NCBI GenBank assembly: GCA_963832165.1
Contig: CAWHTE010000001.1
Coordinates: 480,001 to 544,000, forward strand
DNA: 64,000 bases
Direction of reading: 5' to 3'
Source: an uncultured delta proteobacterium
Lineage (GTDB): Bacteria > Myxococcota_A > UBA9160 > SMWR01
Shown: positions 17,290 to 28,036 of the stretch, in pieces
Layout: each line of letters begins with the position of its first letter
Position numbering within the stretch: position 1 is the first letter of the stretch
Made by a program: the position numbers and the translations under genes
Notes under the pieces: generated by a model
What the model saw: the letters and a program-made list of their open reading frames with translations, nothing else
Databases searched by the model: none
Told to the model about the DNA's origin: nothing

Positions 17290-18699
17290 CTACACGTGCA
17301 GCGCGCGGCCCGCGACTGCGAGCGCGGCTTCCTGGAGCGCCTCACCCATCGCCGGATGCGCGTGACACGTGCGCGCGATGTCCTCGGCGGAGGCCCCGAA
17401 CTCGAGCGCCGCGACGGCCTCGGCGATCAGGTCACCCGCGAGCGGACCCAGGATGTGAACGCCGAGCACGCGGTCGGATTTGGCGTCCGCAATGATCTTG
17501 ACGAGTCCCTGCGTATCTCCGGTGACCTTCGCGCGCGCGTTCGCGGTGAACGGGAACTTGCCCACGCGAACTTCGACGCCGCGCTCGCGCAGTGCCTCCT
17601 CGGTCTCACCGACGCTCGCGATCTCGGGCCACGTGTAGACCACCGACGGCACGCGCAGGTGGTCGACGTGCCCATGCTGGCCTGCCATCTGCTCGACGCA
17701 GGCCACGCCTTCTTCGTGGGCCTTGTGCGCGAGCATCGGCCCGGGGACGCAGTCGCCGATCGCGAACACGCCCGGCACGGAGGTCTCGAAGCGCTCGTTC
17801 ACGGTCACGAAGCCGCGTTTGTCGCGCGCGACGCCGAGCGCCTCGAGGCCGAGCCCCTCCACGTACGGGCGCCGCCCGATCGACACGAGCACGACGTCGG
17901 CCGCGAGCGACTGCTCGGATCCGTCCGCGCGCGAGGCCACGGTCACGCGTACGCCCGCATCGCTGACCTGCGCCTGCCGTACCTCGCGGCCGAGCTGGAA
18001 CGCGAGTCCCTGGCGCGCGAGCACGCGCTGCGCCTGCTTGGCGATCTCGGCGTCCATGCCGGGCAGGATCCGGTCGAGGAATTCCACCACGGTCACCTGG
18101 GCGCCGAGCCGCGACCACACCGAGCCGAGCTCGAGGCCGATCGCGCCCGCGCCCACCACGAGCAGCTTCTCGGGGACGCGGTCGAGCTCGAGCCCGCCCG
18201 TCGACGACACGATGCGCTTCTCGTCGATCGCGACGCCCGCGAGGGTCGCCGACTCGGAGCCCGTGGCGATCAGGATGCGCTCCGCCTCGAGCGCGCGCTG
18301 CGCCCCATCGGGTCCGTCCACCTCCACGCGCCCCGGCGCGGCGATGCGCGCGGCTCCCGCGATCGCGGCCACCTTGTTCTTCTGGAGCAGGAACGCGGTG
18401 CCGCGCGCGAGCTCGTCCACCTTCTCGCGCTTGCGCGCCATCATGCGCTCGAGGTCGATCGAGAGGCCCTCCACGCGAATCCCGTGGTCGGCGAGCTCGT
18501 GCTGCGCGGCCGCGTAGCGCTCGGTGCTGTGCAAGAGCGCCTTGGATGGGATGCAGCCCACGTGCAGACAGGTGCCGCCGAACAGGCCGCGCTTGTCGAT
18601 GCACGCCGTGCGCAGGCCGAGCTGCGCGGCGCGGATCGCCGCCACGTAGCCGCCCGGGCCGCCGCCGATCACCACGAGGTCGAATCGATCGTTGCTCAT
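17290..18699 (-). CDS. lpdA: Dihydrolipoyl dehydrogenase (E3)
   Basis: GGGPGGY, GGTCLHVGCIPSK, HAHPAMGE. Confidence 0.97.
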   Translation of the reverse strand: MSNDRFDLVVIGGGPGGYVAAIRAAQLGLRTACIDKRGLFGGTCLHVGCIPSKALLHSTERYAAAQHELADHGIRVEGLSIDLERMMARKREKVDELARGTAFLLQKNKVAAIAGAARIAAPGRVEVDGPDGAQRALEAERILIATGSESATLAGVAIDEKRIVSSTGGLELDRVPEKLLVVGAGAIGLELGSVWSRLGAQVTVVEFLDRILPGMDAEIAKQAQRVLARQGLAFQLGREVRQAQVSDAGVRVTVASRADGSEQSLAADVVLVSIGRRPYVEGLGLEALGVARDKRGFVTVNERFETSVPGVFAIGDCVPGPMLAHKAHEEGVACVEQMAGQHGHVDHLRVPSVVYTWPEIASVGETEEALRERGVEVRVGKFPFTANARAKVTGDTQGLVKIIADAKSDRVLGVHILGPLAGDLIAEAVAALEFGASAEDIARTCHAHPAMGEALQEAALAVAGRALHV

Positions 18700-18700
18700 C

Positions 18701-20002
18701 TCAAACGTCCAGGAGCAGACGCTCGGGATCCTCGATCGCCTGCTTCACGCGCACGAGGAACGTGACCGCCTCGCGTCCGTCGACGAGCCGGTGATCGTAG
18801 GAGAGCGCCACGTACATCATCGGCCGGATCACGGCCTGACCCTCGAGCGCAATCGGGCGGTCCTCGATCTTGTGCAGGCCCAGGATCCCCGACTGCGGCC
18901 GGTTCAGGATCGGCGTCGACAGGAGCGATCCGAACACGCCGCCGTTGCTGATCGTGAACGTGCCGCCGCGCATGTCGTCGGGCGAGAGCTTGCCGTCGCG
19001 GGCGCGCGCGGCGAGCTCGCCCAGCGATGCCTCGATCTCGGCAAAGCTCTTGCGATCGCAGTCGCGGATCACGGGCACGACGAGCCCCGTAGGCGCGGAG
19101 ACCGCCATGCCGAGGTCGTAGTGATTCTTGAACACGATCTCTTCGCCTTCGATCTCGGCGTTCACCTCGGGCACCTCGCGCAGCGCGGCGACCACCGCCT
19201 TGGCGAAGAAGGAGGTGAAGCCGAGCCGCACGCCGTGCTTCTTCTCGAACGCATCCTTGTGCCGCGCGCGTGCTGCCATCACCGCGCTCATGTCGATCTC
19301 GTTGAACGTGGTGAGGATGGCCGCGGTCGACTGCGCCTCGACGAGACGCGCCGCGATCGTGCGCCGCAGCCGCGTCATCTTCACGCGGTGCTCGCGCGGC
19401 TCGGCCGCGGCACCCGCGGCCGCTGCGGGCCTGGAACCCTGAGCCGCCGCCGCGAGCACGTCGCTCTTGGTGATGCGTCCGCCCGGGCCCGACGCGGCCA
19501 CAGCGCCCGGGTCGAGTCCGTGCTCGGCGAGCAGCTTGCGCGCGGCGGGGCCGGAGCGAGACGGATCGGCTTCGCCCAGGAAGCTCTTCAGATCCTCGGC
19601 CGAGATTCGGTCGCCCGGGGCGCTGCGCCGGGCACTGCGCGGGTCGGGCTCGGCAGCGCTGCGCGGCGGGGGTGGCGCGGCGGCAGGAGCGCTCACGGGC
19701 TCTGCCGCGCGCGGCGCCTCTCCTACCGCGGTTTCGGGCTTTGGCTCCGGTGCGCGCGCGCTCTCGCCGGGAGTGATCCTCCCGATCACGGCGCCGACGG
19801 CGACGTCCTGACCCTCGGCCGCGAGGATCTCCGAGAGCACGCCCGCGTTCGGAGCGCCCAGCTCGACGGTGGCCTTCTCGGTCTCGAGCTCCACCACGGG
19901 CTCGTCCACCGCCACGGTGTCGCCGGGCTGCTTCAACCATTTGGCGATCGTCGCTTCCGTCACGGACTCGCCCAGCACCGGAACGACGATGTCAGTGGTC
20001 AC
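18701..20002 (-). CDS. sucB: 2-oxoglutarate dehydrogenase E2 (dihydrolipoyl succinyltransferase)
   Basis: Lipoyl domain [27 protein letters not shown]. Confidence 0.96.
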   Translation of the reverse strand: MTTDIVVPVLGESVTEATIAKWLKQPGDTVAVDEPVVELETEKATVELGAPNAGVLSEILAAEGQDVAVGAVIGRITPGESARAPEPKPETAVGEAPRAAEPVSAPAAAPPPPRSAAEPDPRSARRSAPGDRISAEDLKSFLGEADPSRSGPAARKLLAEHGLDPGAVAASGPGGRITKSDVLAAAAQGSRPAAAAGAAAEPREHRVKMTRLRRTIAARLVEAQSTAAILTTFNEIDMSAVMAARARHKDAFEKKHGVRLGFTSFFAKAVVAALREVPEVNAEIEGEEIVFKNHYDLGMAVSAPTGLVVPVIRDCDRKSFAEIEASLGELAARARDGKLSPDDMRGGTFTISNGGVFGSLLSTPILNRPQSGILGLHKIEDRPIALEGQAVIRPMMYVALSYDHRLVDGREAVTFLVRVKQAIEDPERLLLDV

Positions 20003-20014
20003 CTGTACTCCGAA

Positions 20015-22879
20015 CTAACGCTTGGCCTTCGGGGTTCTCGTGCGGCGATACGCGATCCGGGCGACACTCGGCTTGCCGACCGTGAGCGCGTCGTCGAGCA
20101 GCTCCGCGCGCTCGGCTTCGTGGCGATCGAGCATCCCGGTTGCGGTGGCCGCGGACGTCGGCCGTCCCGCATAACGCGGCTCGGGGTGCTTGCAGCCGGC
20201 CTCGACGGCCACCTCGCGGATCAGGTCCTCGATGTACTCCCACGCGCCCATGTTGCGCGGCTCCTCCTGGCACCAGACCAGGTGGCAGTGCCGGTAGGGC
20301 TCGATCAGCTCCGCGAGCGCGTCGGTCGGGAACGGGTAGAGCTGCTCGAGGCGCAGTAGGTGCACATCGTTCGCGCCGCGCGCCTCGCGCTCGGCGGCCA
20401 GGTCGTAGTAGACCTTGCCGCAACACAGCACGAGCTGACGCGCCTCCTCGGGCTCGCTCGGCAGCGCGTCTTCGTACATCACGCGGTGGAAGCTGCTGCC
20501 CGGACCGAAATCGGCCAGCTTCGACACGCATCGCTTGTGGCGCAGCAGCGACTTCGGCGTCATGAGCACGAGCGGCTTGCGGAAGCTGCGGTGCATCTGG
20601 CGGCGCAGCACGTGGAAGTAGTTCGCGGGCGTGGTGGCGTTCACCACCTGCATGTTGTCCTGCGCGCACATCTGGAGGAAACGCTCGAGGCGGGCGGACG
20701 AGTGCTCGGGCCCCTGTCCCTCGTAGCCGTGCGGCAACAGCAGCACGATCCCCGACATGCGCAGCCATTTGTATTCCGCCGCGGCGAGGAACTGGTCGAT
20801 GATCACCTGCGCGCCGTTCGTGAAGTCGCCGAACTGCGCCTCCCAGAGCACGAGCGTGCGCGGGTCGGAGAGCGAATAGCCGTACTCGAAGCCGAGCACC
20901 GAGAGCTCGGCGAGCGGGCTGTTCAGCACCTCGAGCTTCTCCTGGTGCTCGCGGATGTGGTCGAGCGGTACATGACGGCGCCCATCGTTCTGGTCGAAGA
21001 TCGCCGCGTGGCGCTGCGAGAACGTGCCGCGTTCGGAGTCCTGACCCGAGAGACGAATCGGCTGGCCCTCGATCAGAAGCGTCCCGAACGCGAGCGCCTC
21101 GGCGGTCGCCCAATCGATTCCCTCGCCGCTCTCGATCGTCTGTGCCTTCGCCTCGAACAGCTTCACGAGCTTGCGGTGGGCGGCGAAGCCCTCGGGAATC
21201 GCCGTGAGCCCACGCCCCACCTCGCGCAGCGTGTCGATGTCGACCGCGGTCTTGCCGCGCCGTGCGTCGTAACCCTTCACGGGCTCGAGCCCCGACCATG
21301 TTCCCTCGAGCCAGTCGGCGCGGTTGGTCGATTGCTGCTTCGAGAGCTCGAACTCGTTCTCGAGCCGCGTCTGCCACTTTCCCACGATCTCGTCGGCCTC
21401 GCCGGCCGAGAGCGTGCCCTCCTCGCGCAGGTGACGTGCGTACCCCTCGCGCACGGACTGGCGCTCCGCGATGCGTTCGTACATGAGCGGCTGCGTGAAC
21501 ATCGGTTCGTCGGCCTCGTTGTGCCCGAAGCGCCGGTAGCAGAACAGGTCGACGATCACGTCCTTGCCGAAGTGGAGCAGGAACTCGGTGGCGAAGGCCA
21601 CCACGGCCACCACGGCCTCGGGGTAGTCGCCGTTCACGTGCACGATCGGGAGCTGCACCATCATTCCGACGTCGGAGCAGTACGGTCCCGAGCGCGCACT
21701 GGTGGGATCGGTCGTGAAGCCGATCTGGTTGTTGATGATCAGGTGGAAGGTGCCGCCCGTGTCGTAGCCCTTGAGCTCCGAGAGCATCAGCGTCTCGGCC
21801 ACGAGGCCCTGGCCCGCGAACGCGGCATCGCCGTGCAGCAGGAGGCCCATCACCTTGCGGCGCGTCTTGTCGTCGCGCAGATCCTGTTTCGCTCGCACCT
21901 TGCCGAGCACGACCGGATCCACCGCTTCGAGGTGTGAGGGATTGGCGGTGAGCGAGAGGTGGACCTTCCGCTCGCGCACGACGCGGTCCGTCGACGTACC
22001 CATGTGGTACTTGACGTCGCCCGAGCCGTAGTCGTCGTAGGCGGCGGTGCTGCCGCTGAACTCGGCGAAGATCGCGCGATAGGGCTTGCGCATCACGTTC
22101 GCGAGCACGTTGAGCCGGCCGCGGTGCGGCATACCGATCGCGATCTCTTCCACGCCGAGCTCGGCGGCGCGCCGCACGATCTGCTCGAGGGCCGGGATCG
22201 TCGATTCGGCGCCGTCGAGACCGAAGCGCTTGGTGCCGACCCACTTGCGGTGGATGAAGCGCTCGAAGGTCTCGGCCGCGGTGAGATGGTCGAGAATCTC
22301 GAGCTTGCCCTCGCGCTTCCACACCACCGCGTGTTGAATGCCCTCGACGCGCTCCTGGATCCACTTGCGCTGCACCGGGTCCTGGATGTGCATGTACTCG
22401 ATGCCGACGATCCCGCAGTAGACGCGGCGAAGCACGCCGACGATCTCGTTCAGCGTCGCCTCTTCGTAGCCGAGCTCGCCGCCGAGGAAGATCGGGCGAT
22501 CGAGGTCGGCTTCACCGAAGCCGTAGGTGGCGGGCTCGAGCTCGGGGTGGCTCGCGATCGGCTTGAGCCCGAGCGGGTCGAGCCGCGCCGCGAGATGGCC
22601 ACGGGTGCGATAGGCGTCGATCAGCGCCATCGCGCGGATCGAATCGAGCGCCGCTGCGCGCGTGACCGTGGGGGCCTCGGCCGAGGCGGCGGGTGCTTTC
22701 GCAGCGGCAGGGCCCTCCGCGCCCGCAAGGCCCTCGAGATGGGCGCGCGCTCCGTCATCGAGTGCGCTGAAGAAGTCGCGCCAGGCCGGCTCGACGGCAT
22801 CCGGGCGGCTGCGCCACGCCCGGTACAGCTCGACCACCCGCTCCGCGCGCCCTTCCTTGCTCACCCGATCGCTCTCCAT
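20015..22879 (-). CDS. sucA: 2-oxoglutarate dehydrogenase E1
   Basis: GMPHRGRLN, HGDAAFAGQG, WEAQFGDF, LPHGYEGQGPEHSSAR. Confidence 0.97.
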   Translation of the reverse strand: MESDRVSKEGRAERVVELYRAWRSRPDAVEPAWRDFFSALDDGARAHLEGLAGAEGPAAAKAPAASAEAPTVTRAAALDSIRAMALIDAYRTRGHLAARLDPLGLKPIASHPELEPATYGFGEADLDRPIFLGGELGYEEATLNEIVGVLRRVYCGIVGIEYMHIQDPVQRKWIQERVEGIQHAVVWKREGKLEILDHLTAAETFERFIHRKWVGTKRFGLDGAESTIPALEQIVRRAAELGVEEIAIGMPHRGRLNVLANVMRKPYRAIFAEFSGSTAAYDDYGSGDVKYHMGTSTDRVVRERKVHLSLTANPSHLEAVDPVVLGKVRAKQDLRDDKTRRKVMGLLLHGDAAFAGQGLVAETLMLSELKGYDTGGTFHLIINNQIGFTTDPTSARSGPYCSDVGMMVQLPIVHVNGDYPEAVVAVVAFATEFLLHFGKDVIVDLFCYRRFGHNEADEPMFTQPLMYERIAERQSVREGYARHLREEGTLSAGEADEIVGKWQTRLENEFELSKQQSTNRADWLEGTWSGLEPVKGYDARRGKTAVDIDTLREVGRGLTAIPEGFAAHRKLVKLFEAKAQTIESGEGIDWATAEALAFGTLLIEGQPIRLSGQDSERGTFSQRHAAIFDQNDGRRHVPLDHIREHQEKLEVLNSPLAELSVLGFEYGYSLSDPRTLVLWEAQFGDFTNGAQVIIDQFLAAAEYKWLRMSGIVLLLPHGYEGQGPEHSSARLERFLQMCAQDNMQVVNATTPANYFHVLRRQMHRSFRKPLVLMTPKSLLRHKRCVSKLADFGPGSSFHRVMYEDALPSEPEEARQLVLCCGKVYYDLAAEREARGANDVHLLRLEQLYPFPTDALAELIEPYRHCHLVWCQEEPRNMGAWEYIEDLIREVAVEAGCKHPEPRYAGRPTSAATATGMLDRHEAERAELLDDALTVGKPSVARIAYRRTRTPKAKR

Positions 22880-22948
22880 CTCACCCGATTCATCGGCCGA
22901 TTTCGGCAGCCGCTCCAGTCTACACCGCAGGGGGAGGCGGGGGCCGGC

Positions 22949-24715
22949 TCAGAGCCGCACCTCGCCCGCGAGAATCTGCGCGAGCAGCGCGGGGGCGAGC
23001 GGCACGTAGCTCTGGGCCCCCGGATCTGCGAACAGCACCGGGTCGGCGACCGTGGCGGGGTCGAATCCCTGCTGGACGAGCTCGACCTTGCGGTGTTTGA
23101 AGGTCCCCGTGATCTCGAGCTCTGTGCCGATACGCAGGAAAACGGGTCGCGCATAGCTCGGTAGCGAGTGCGCGACGTGCGCGTACAGCTGTGAGGGATC
23201 GAACGCATCGTCGACCACGATCGCCGCCATGCCGGCGCGGCCCTCGTGGCCGGGCACCTGCACGCCATAGACGTTGACCTCGCGCACGCCCGCAGCCACC
23301 GACAGCACCTCGGCGACCTCGCTCGTCGCGACGTTCTCGCCCTTCCAGCGGAACGTGTCGCCGATCCGATCGATGAAATAGAAATAGCCCTCCTCGTCCA
23401 TGCGCATGAGGTCGCCCGTGCGAAAGTAGGCGTCGCCTTTCTCGAACACGTCGCGCAGGATCTTCTTCTCGGTGGCGGCCTTGCTCGTGTAGCCCTCGAA
23501 ACGCGTGACTCCGGAGATGCGGCCGATCGCCTCGCCCGTCTCTCCGGGAGCGCAGGGAATGCAGAAGCCGTCGGCCCCGCGCGCGTGCGTGTCGGCCTCG
23601 ACGTCGAAGCGGATCAGATACGTCCCCATCGCGCGTCGCACGAGCGCGGGCAGGCGCCCGACCGCGCCGACCTTCCCGTCGTAGTTGATCATCGCCACGT
23701 TGCCTTCGGTGGCGCCGTAGAACTCGACGATCTGCGGGATCCGGAAGCGCTCCTGGAACGGCCGCCAGATCTCCGGCCGCAGCCCGTTGCCCACGCAGCC
23801 GCGCACCGTATGCCGCCGTTCGTCGGGATGCTCCGGCGTGTTGAGCAGGTATCGGCACAGCTCGCCGATGTACTGGAAGGTCGTCACGCCGTGCCGCACG
23901 CAATCGCTCCAGAACTGCGACGCGGAGAACTTGGGTGCGATGACCGCTGCCGCGCCCGAGAGCAGCGATCCGCCGAATGCCATGCCGCCGCCAGCCGAGT
24001 GGTAGAGCGGCAACGCGACGTACATGCGATCGCCGGGGCCGAGCGAGAGCGCCGCCATCGCTCCACCCGCGATCTGCATCCCGCGCAGGTGGCTGATCCG
24101 CGCGGCCTTCGGCAGGCCCGTGGTGCCGCTCGTGTAGATGTAGAGGTACGGGTCGCCCGCGACGAGACCCGCGCGTACGCCGGGGTCGAGCGCGTCGGGC
24201 GAGGTGCGCGCGAGCGTGTCTTCGAGCGGCGCTGCCCCGTCGACGGGTCCTCCGATCGCGAATACGCGCAGCGGCTTCTCCAGATGGGGCAGGGCGCTCT
24301 GCCATTCTTCGTCGAACTCGCTGTGCACGACCGCGCACGTCGACTCCGCCACCGAGACGCAGTGCGCGAGCGCGTTGCTGCGCAGGTTGTGGTTGATCAG
24401 CGCAGAGACCGCGCCGATCTTCGCGAGCCCGAGCTGCGCGATCCCGAGCTCGGGCCGATTGCCGATCAGCAGCGCCACGACGTCGCCGCGCGCGACGCCG
24501 ATCGACTGCGCCCAGCGCGCGAAGCGGTTGGCCTCGGCATCGAGCTCGTGGTAGCGCAGCGCGCGATCGCCCTGGATCACGGCGATCCGCTCGGGACCCT
24601 GCTCGACCACAGCCTCGAAACGGTCGGCGAACGTGACCGGGGTATCGGGACGCACGAGCCCCACCATCCGGAACGTGCGCACCATTGCCGAGACCATCCG
24701 GGCGTCGCGGTTCAT
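22949..24715 (-). CDS. Long-chain acyl-CoA synthetase, FATP/FadD6 type
   Basis: YIYTSGTTGLPKAA, FQYIGELCRYL, FIDRIGDTFRWKGENV. Confidence 0.93.
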   Translation of the reverse strand: MNRDARMVSAMVRTFRMVGLVRPDTPVTFADRFEAVVEQGPERIAVIQGDRALRYHELDAEANRFARWAQSIGVARGDVVALLIGNRPELGIAQLGLAKIGAVSALINHNLRSNALAHCVSVAESTCAVVHSEFDEEWQSALPHLEKPLRVFAIGGPVDGAAPLEDTLARTSPDALDPGVRAGLVAGDPYLYIYTSGTTGLPKAARISHLRGMQIAGGAMAALSLGPGDRMYVALPLYHSAGGGMAFGGSLLSGAAAVIAPKFSASQFWSDCVRHGVTTFQYIGELCRYLLNTPEHPDERRHTVRGCVGNGLRPEIWRPFQERFRIPQIVEFYGATEGNVAMINYDGKVGAVGRLPALVRRAMGTYLIRFDVEADTHARGADGFCIPCAPGETGEAIGRISGVTRFEGYTSKAATEKKILRDVFEKGDAYFRTGDLMRMDEEGYFYFIDRIGDTFRWKGENVATSEVAEVLSVAAGVREVNVYGVQVPGHEGRAGMAAIVVDDAFDPSQLYAHVAHSLPSYARPVFLRIGTELEITGTFKHRKVELVQQGFDPATVADPVLFADPGAQSYVPLAPALLAQILAGEVRL

Positions 24716-24946
24716 TCGATCGAATAGACCCAGCAGGGCGTAGCCCTCCTAACTATTAGGCAGACTTCGGGTCGCCAGCGCGCAGCGGGCCGTGGGGAGA
24801 CGGGGCCCCGCGCTGGCGAATGGGGTGCAAGGGTGGCGCGGCGGACCGCGCGTTGCACCCCCCGGTCCACGGCGTCATTCTGCCCCGGGCCACCCCATTC
24901 CCCCATGCGCGCCCCCCTGGACCGGGCCCGCCGAGAGCTCCCCGAG

Positions 24947-26461
24947 ATGCCCAAGTACGCCTACGACCGACTCACCGCCCAGGACAACAGCTTCCTGCTC
25001 TTCGAGCGCGGCAACGTCCGCATGCACGTCGCGTCGGCGATGGTGTGCGACGCGGGCCCGCTGCGAGAGAAGGACGGCGGCATCGACATCGACATGTTCA
25101 AGCGCGCCACCGAAGCGTTCCTGCACCTGGTGCCGCGCTATCGCCAGCGGCTGCACGAGATTCCGTTTTTCGACCACGCCGTGTGGGTCGACGATCCGCA
25201 CTTCGACATCGACTACCACATCCGGCACACCGCGCTTCCGAAGCCCGGCAGTCCCGAGCAGCTCAAGAAGCTCTCTGCGCGGATCATGGCGCAGCCGCTC
25301 GATCGCAAGCGCCCGCTCTGGGAGACCTGGATCGTCGAGGGCCTCGAGGGCGATCAATTCGCGATGATCACGAAGATCCACCACTGCATGATCGACGGCG
25401 CCTCGGGCGTCGATCTCGCCTACATCCAGATGTCGACGACTCCCGAGGTGCGCCCGCTTGGCGTGCCGCCCGCGTTCCATCCGCGTCCCGCGCCGTCGCG
25501 CTTCGAGCTGTGGCGCAACGAGCTGACGCGTCAGATCGGGATCCCGCTCGAGATCGTGCGCGACTTCCGCCAGTTCACCGTCGACGCGGAAGACATCGGC
25601 CACGAGCTGCTCACGCGCGCCAAGGCGGTCGTGAACACGCTCGGCATGGGCACCTCCGCCGACGAGACACCGATCAACGGGCGGGTCGGCCCGCACCGGC
25701 GCTTCGACTGGCTCTCGTGTCAGGTCGATGACCTCAAGGCGGTGCGCCGGGCCTGGGGATGCACGATCAACGACGTCGTGCTCACGATCGTGACCGGTGC
25801 GATCCGCGAATATCTGATCAGCCGTAACGTGGACCCCGCACTGATCGACTTCCGCGTGTCGTCGCCCGTCTCCGTGCGCAAGGAGGAAGAGCGCGGAAAG
25901 CTCGGGAACAAGGTGTCGTCGTGGATCATTCCGCTGCCGATCGGGCTCGCGACTCCGCGCGAGCAGCTCGACGCGATCCACACGCTCACGAGCGAGCTCA
26001 AGGAGTCGCGCCAGGCGCTCGGTGTCGAGCTCATGATGCAGGTGGCGGAGTGGACGCCTTCCGTGCTGCTGTCGCTCGGCGCGCGAGCGATCTCGGGTCC
26101 GATCAACACGATCGTCACCAACGTACCAGGGCCGCAGGTGCCGCTCTACTTCCACGGAGCGCGCGTGCGGGAGATCTACCCGATGGTGCCGCTCATGGAG
26201 GGAATGGGACTCGGGATCGCCGTGACGAGCTATGCGGGGACGATGAACTTCGGCTTCAACGCAGACCCCGACATCGTGCCCGATCTCGATGCCTTCACGG
26301 GCATGGTGCGCACGGCACTCGAGCGCGTGGCCGCGGACGCCGGCGTGACGCTCGCGGAGACCGCGCAGAAGCCGCAGAAGGCAGCCAGCTCGAGCCGCGA
26401 GAAGAAGAGCGCCGGCGTGCCGTTGCGCGGGAACGGCACCACCACGGTCGTCGCGAAGTAG
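24947..26461 (+). CDS. Wax ester synthase/diacylglycerol acyltransferase (WS/DGAT)
   Basis: LDRKRPLWE, KIHHCMIDG (HHxxxDG), TNVPGP; start could be 24905. Confidence 0.93.
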   Translation: MPKYAYDRLTAQDNSFLLFERGNVRMHVASAMVCDAGPLREKDGGIDIDMFKRATEAFLHLVPRYRQRLHEIPFFDHAVWVDDPHFDIDYHIRHTALPKPGSPEQLKKLSARIMAQPLDRKRPLWETWIVEGLEGDQFAMITKIHHCMIDGASGVDLAYIQMSTTPEVRPLGVPPAFHPRPAPSRFELWRNELTRQIGIPLEIVRDFRQFTVDAEDIGHELLTRAKAVVNTLGMGTSADETPINGRVGPHRRFDWLSCQVDDLKAVRRAWGCTINDVVLTIVTGAIREYLISRNVDPALIDFRVSSPVSVRKEEERGKLGNKVSSWIIPLPIGLATPREQLDAIHTLTSELKESRQALGVELMMQVAEWTPSVLLSLGARAISGPINTIVTNVPGPQVPLYFHGARVREIYPMVPLMEGMGLGIAVTSYAGTMNFGFNADPDIVPDLDAFTGMVRTALERVAADAGVTLAETAQKPQKAASSSREKKSAGVPLRGNGTTTVVAK

Positions 26462-26476
26462 GCGGGCCGTTTCGGA

Positions 26477-27667
26477 GTGAAGATCACGGCGCTGGGCTGG
26501 CTCGCGAGCGCGGTGATCCTCGCGCTCGCGTTCTCGCTCTCGCCGAACTTCACGTGGACGGACTCGCCGCGCAGGAGTCCGTACGCGGGCGACTTCCTGC
26601 ACGAATACACGGGCGGCTCGATCGTGCGCGAGGGCGATCGCACGCGCCTCTACGATCTCGAGTACTTCCAGCGGCCCCAGCACGATGCGGCGCGGCTCGG
26701 CTTCACGTGGCGCGGCGACGCCTCGTTCCCGCCGCTGTATCCGCCGTTCTACTACGTGTGGGTGTCGCCGCTCTCGCGGCTCGACTATCGCACCGCGGCT
26801 CTCGTCTGGTCGGCGCTCTCGGTGGCGGCGCTCTGCGCGAGCATCGCGCTGATCCTCGGAAACGACCGCGGCGCGCGCGGTCAGCTGGGCGCGTGGGTTG
26901 CGGCGAGTCTCTGCTACGTGCCCGTGATCGAAACGCTCGTGAGCGGTCAGAAGAGCATCTTTCTCCTGCTGATCTTCGCGGGCACCTACCGGCTGCTCGT
27001 CGCTAAGCGCCCCGCGCTCGCGGGTGCGCTCTTCGCGTGCGCCGCGTTCAAGCCGCAGCTCGTACTCGTGATCCCGCTCGTGATGCTCGCCAAGCGCGAG
27101 TGGCGCTTCGCCGCAGGCATGGCCGCGACGGGGACGCTGCTCGCCGCGCAATCGCTCTGGGTGGGTTGGGGCGCCACGCTCGCGTGGATCTCGAACACGC
27201 TGCACCCGATGCCACAGCCCTCGCTGGTCGACCGCTCGCACAGCTGGATCGGCTTCGCGCGCCTGCTCGTGGGGGAGTGGTCGGGCCCGACCGTGCTCGC
27301 GCTCTCGCTCGTGCTCGTGGCGGCCACGCTCGCGGCGCTGTGGCGCCTGCTGCCAGACCGGCTCGATTTCGCGTATCCGCGCTTCGCGCTCCAGTTCGCG
27401 GGCATGGTGCTCGCGACCGCGCTCGCGAGCCCCTATCTGTACACCTACGACCTCGCGATCCTCGTGCTGCCGCTGATCGCGCTCGCACGCGAGCTGCCCG
27501 CGGCGCCGCCCGCCACGCGCGCGGCGCGCCTGGCGTGGCTCATGGCGCTGCTGCTCGTGTTCGCGATGGGCGGCGCCTCGACCGCGGTCGCGGCGCACGT
27601 TCCGGTGCAATTCAGCACCCTCGCGAGCTTCGCGCTGCTACTCGTGTTGGTGCGCAAGGCGGATTAG
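26477..27667 (+). CDS. Glycosyltransferase family 87 (DUF2029, GT-C) membrane protein
   Basis: GDF..Y, YPP, GQ, FKPQL, SPYLYTYDL; many TM helices. Confidence 0.82.
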   Translation: MKITALGWLASAVILALAFSLSPNFTWTDSPRRSPYAGDFLHEYTGGSIVREGDRTRLYDLEYFQRPQHDAARLGFTWRGDASFPPLYPPFYYVWVSPLSRLDYRTAALVWSALSVAALCASIALILGNDRGARGQLGAWVAASLCYVPVIETLVSGQKSIFLLLIFAGTYRLLVAKRPALAGALFACAAFKPQLVLVIPLVMLAKREWRFAAGMAATGTLLAAQSLWVGWGATLAWISNTLHPMPQPSLVDRSHSWIGFARLLVGEWSGPTVLALSLVLVAATLAALWRLLPDRLDFAYPRFALQFAGMVLATALASPYLYTYDLAILVLPLIALARELPAAPPATRAARLAWLMALLLVFAMGGASTAVAAHVPVQFSTLASFALLLVLVRKAD

Positions 27668-27685
27668 GCGGAAGGAGGGACCACC

Positions 27686-27961
27686 ATGTGCCGCAACATC
27701 AAGACGCTCTTCAACTTCGAGCCGCCCGTCACCGATGACGAGGTGCGTGCAGCCTCGCTGCAGTTCGTCCGCAAGCTCAGCGGATTCAACAAGCCGTCCA
27801 AGGCGAACGAAGCGGCCTTCGAGCTCGCCGTCGATCGCACGGCGGAAGTCGCTCGCGATCTCCTGCGCTCGCTCGTGACCACTGCGCCACCCCGCGATCG
27901 CGATGTCGAAGCCGCCAGGGCCCGGTTGCGCGCCGCGGTTCGGTTCGGGGAACGCTCCTGA
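27686..27961 (+). CDS. DUF2277 family protein
   Basis: MCRNIKTLFNFEPPVTDDEVRAASLQFVRKLSGF. Confidence 0.9.
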   Translation: MCRNIKTLFNFEPPVTDDEVRAASLQFVRKLSGFNKPSKANEAAFELAVDRTAEVARDLLRSLVTTAPPRDRDVEAARARLRAAVRFGERS

Positions 27962-27986
27962 CGAGCACCCAGCGCTTCCAAAAGGA

Positions 27987-28019
27987 ACCGGCCGCCACCG
28001 CAGCGCGGTGACGGCCGGT
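27987..28019 (-). terminator. Intrinsic terminator-like hairpin after amt copy 1 (convergent with DUF2277)
   Basis: ACCGGCCGTCACCGC-GCT-GCGGTGGCGGCCGGT then TCCTTTT on minus strand. Confidence 0.65.
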
Positions 28020-28036
28020 CTTCGTTGGCGCCGAGC

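Noticed and set aside
24875..27610. Long antisense or alternate-frame ORFs (e.g. 911 aa here, 1286 aa at 31271, 1263 aa at 32913)
   Set aside because: Shadow ORFs expected from stop-codon scarcity in high-GC DNA; Arg/Ala-rich with no motifs, overlapping well-supported genes.
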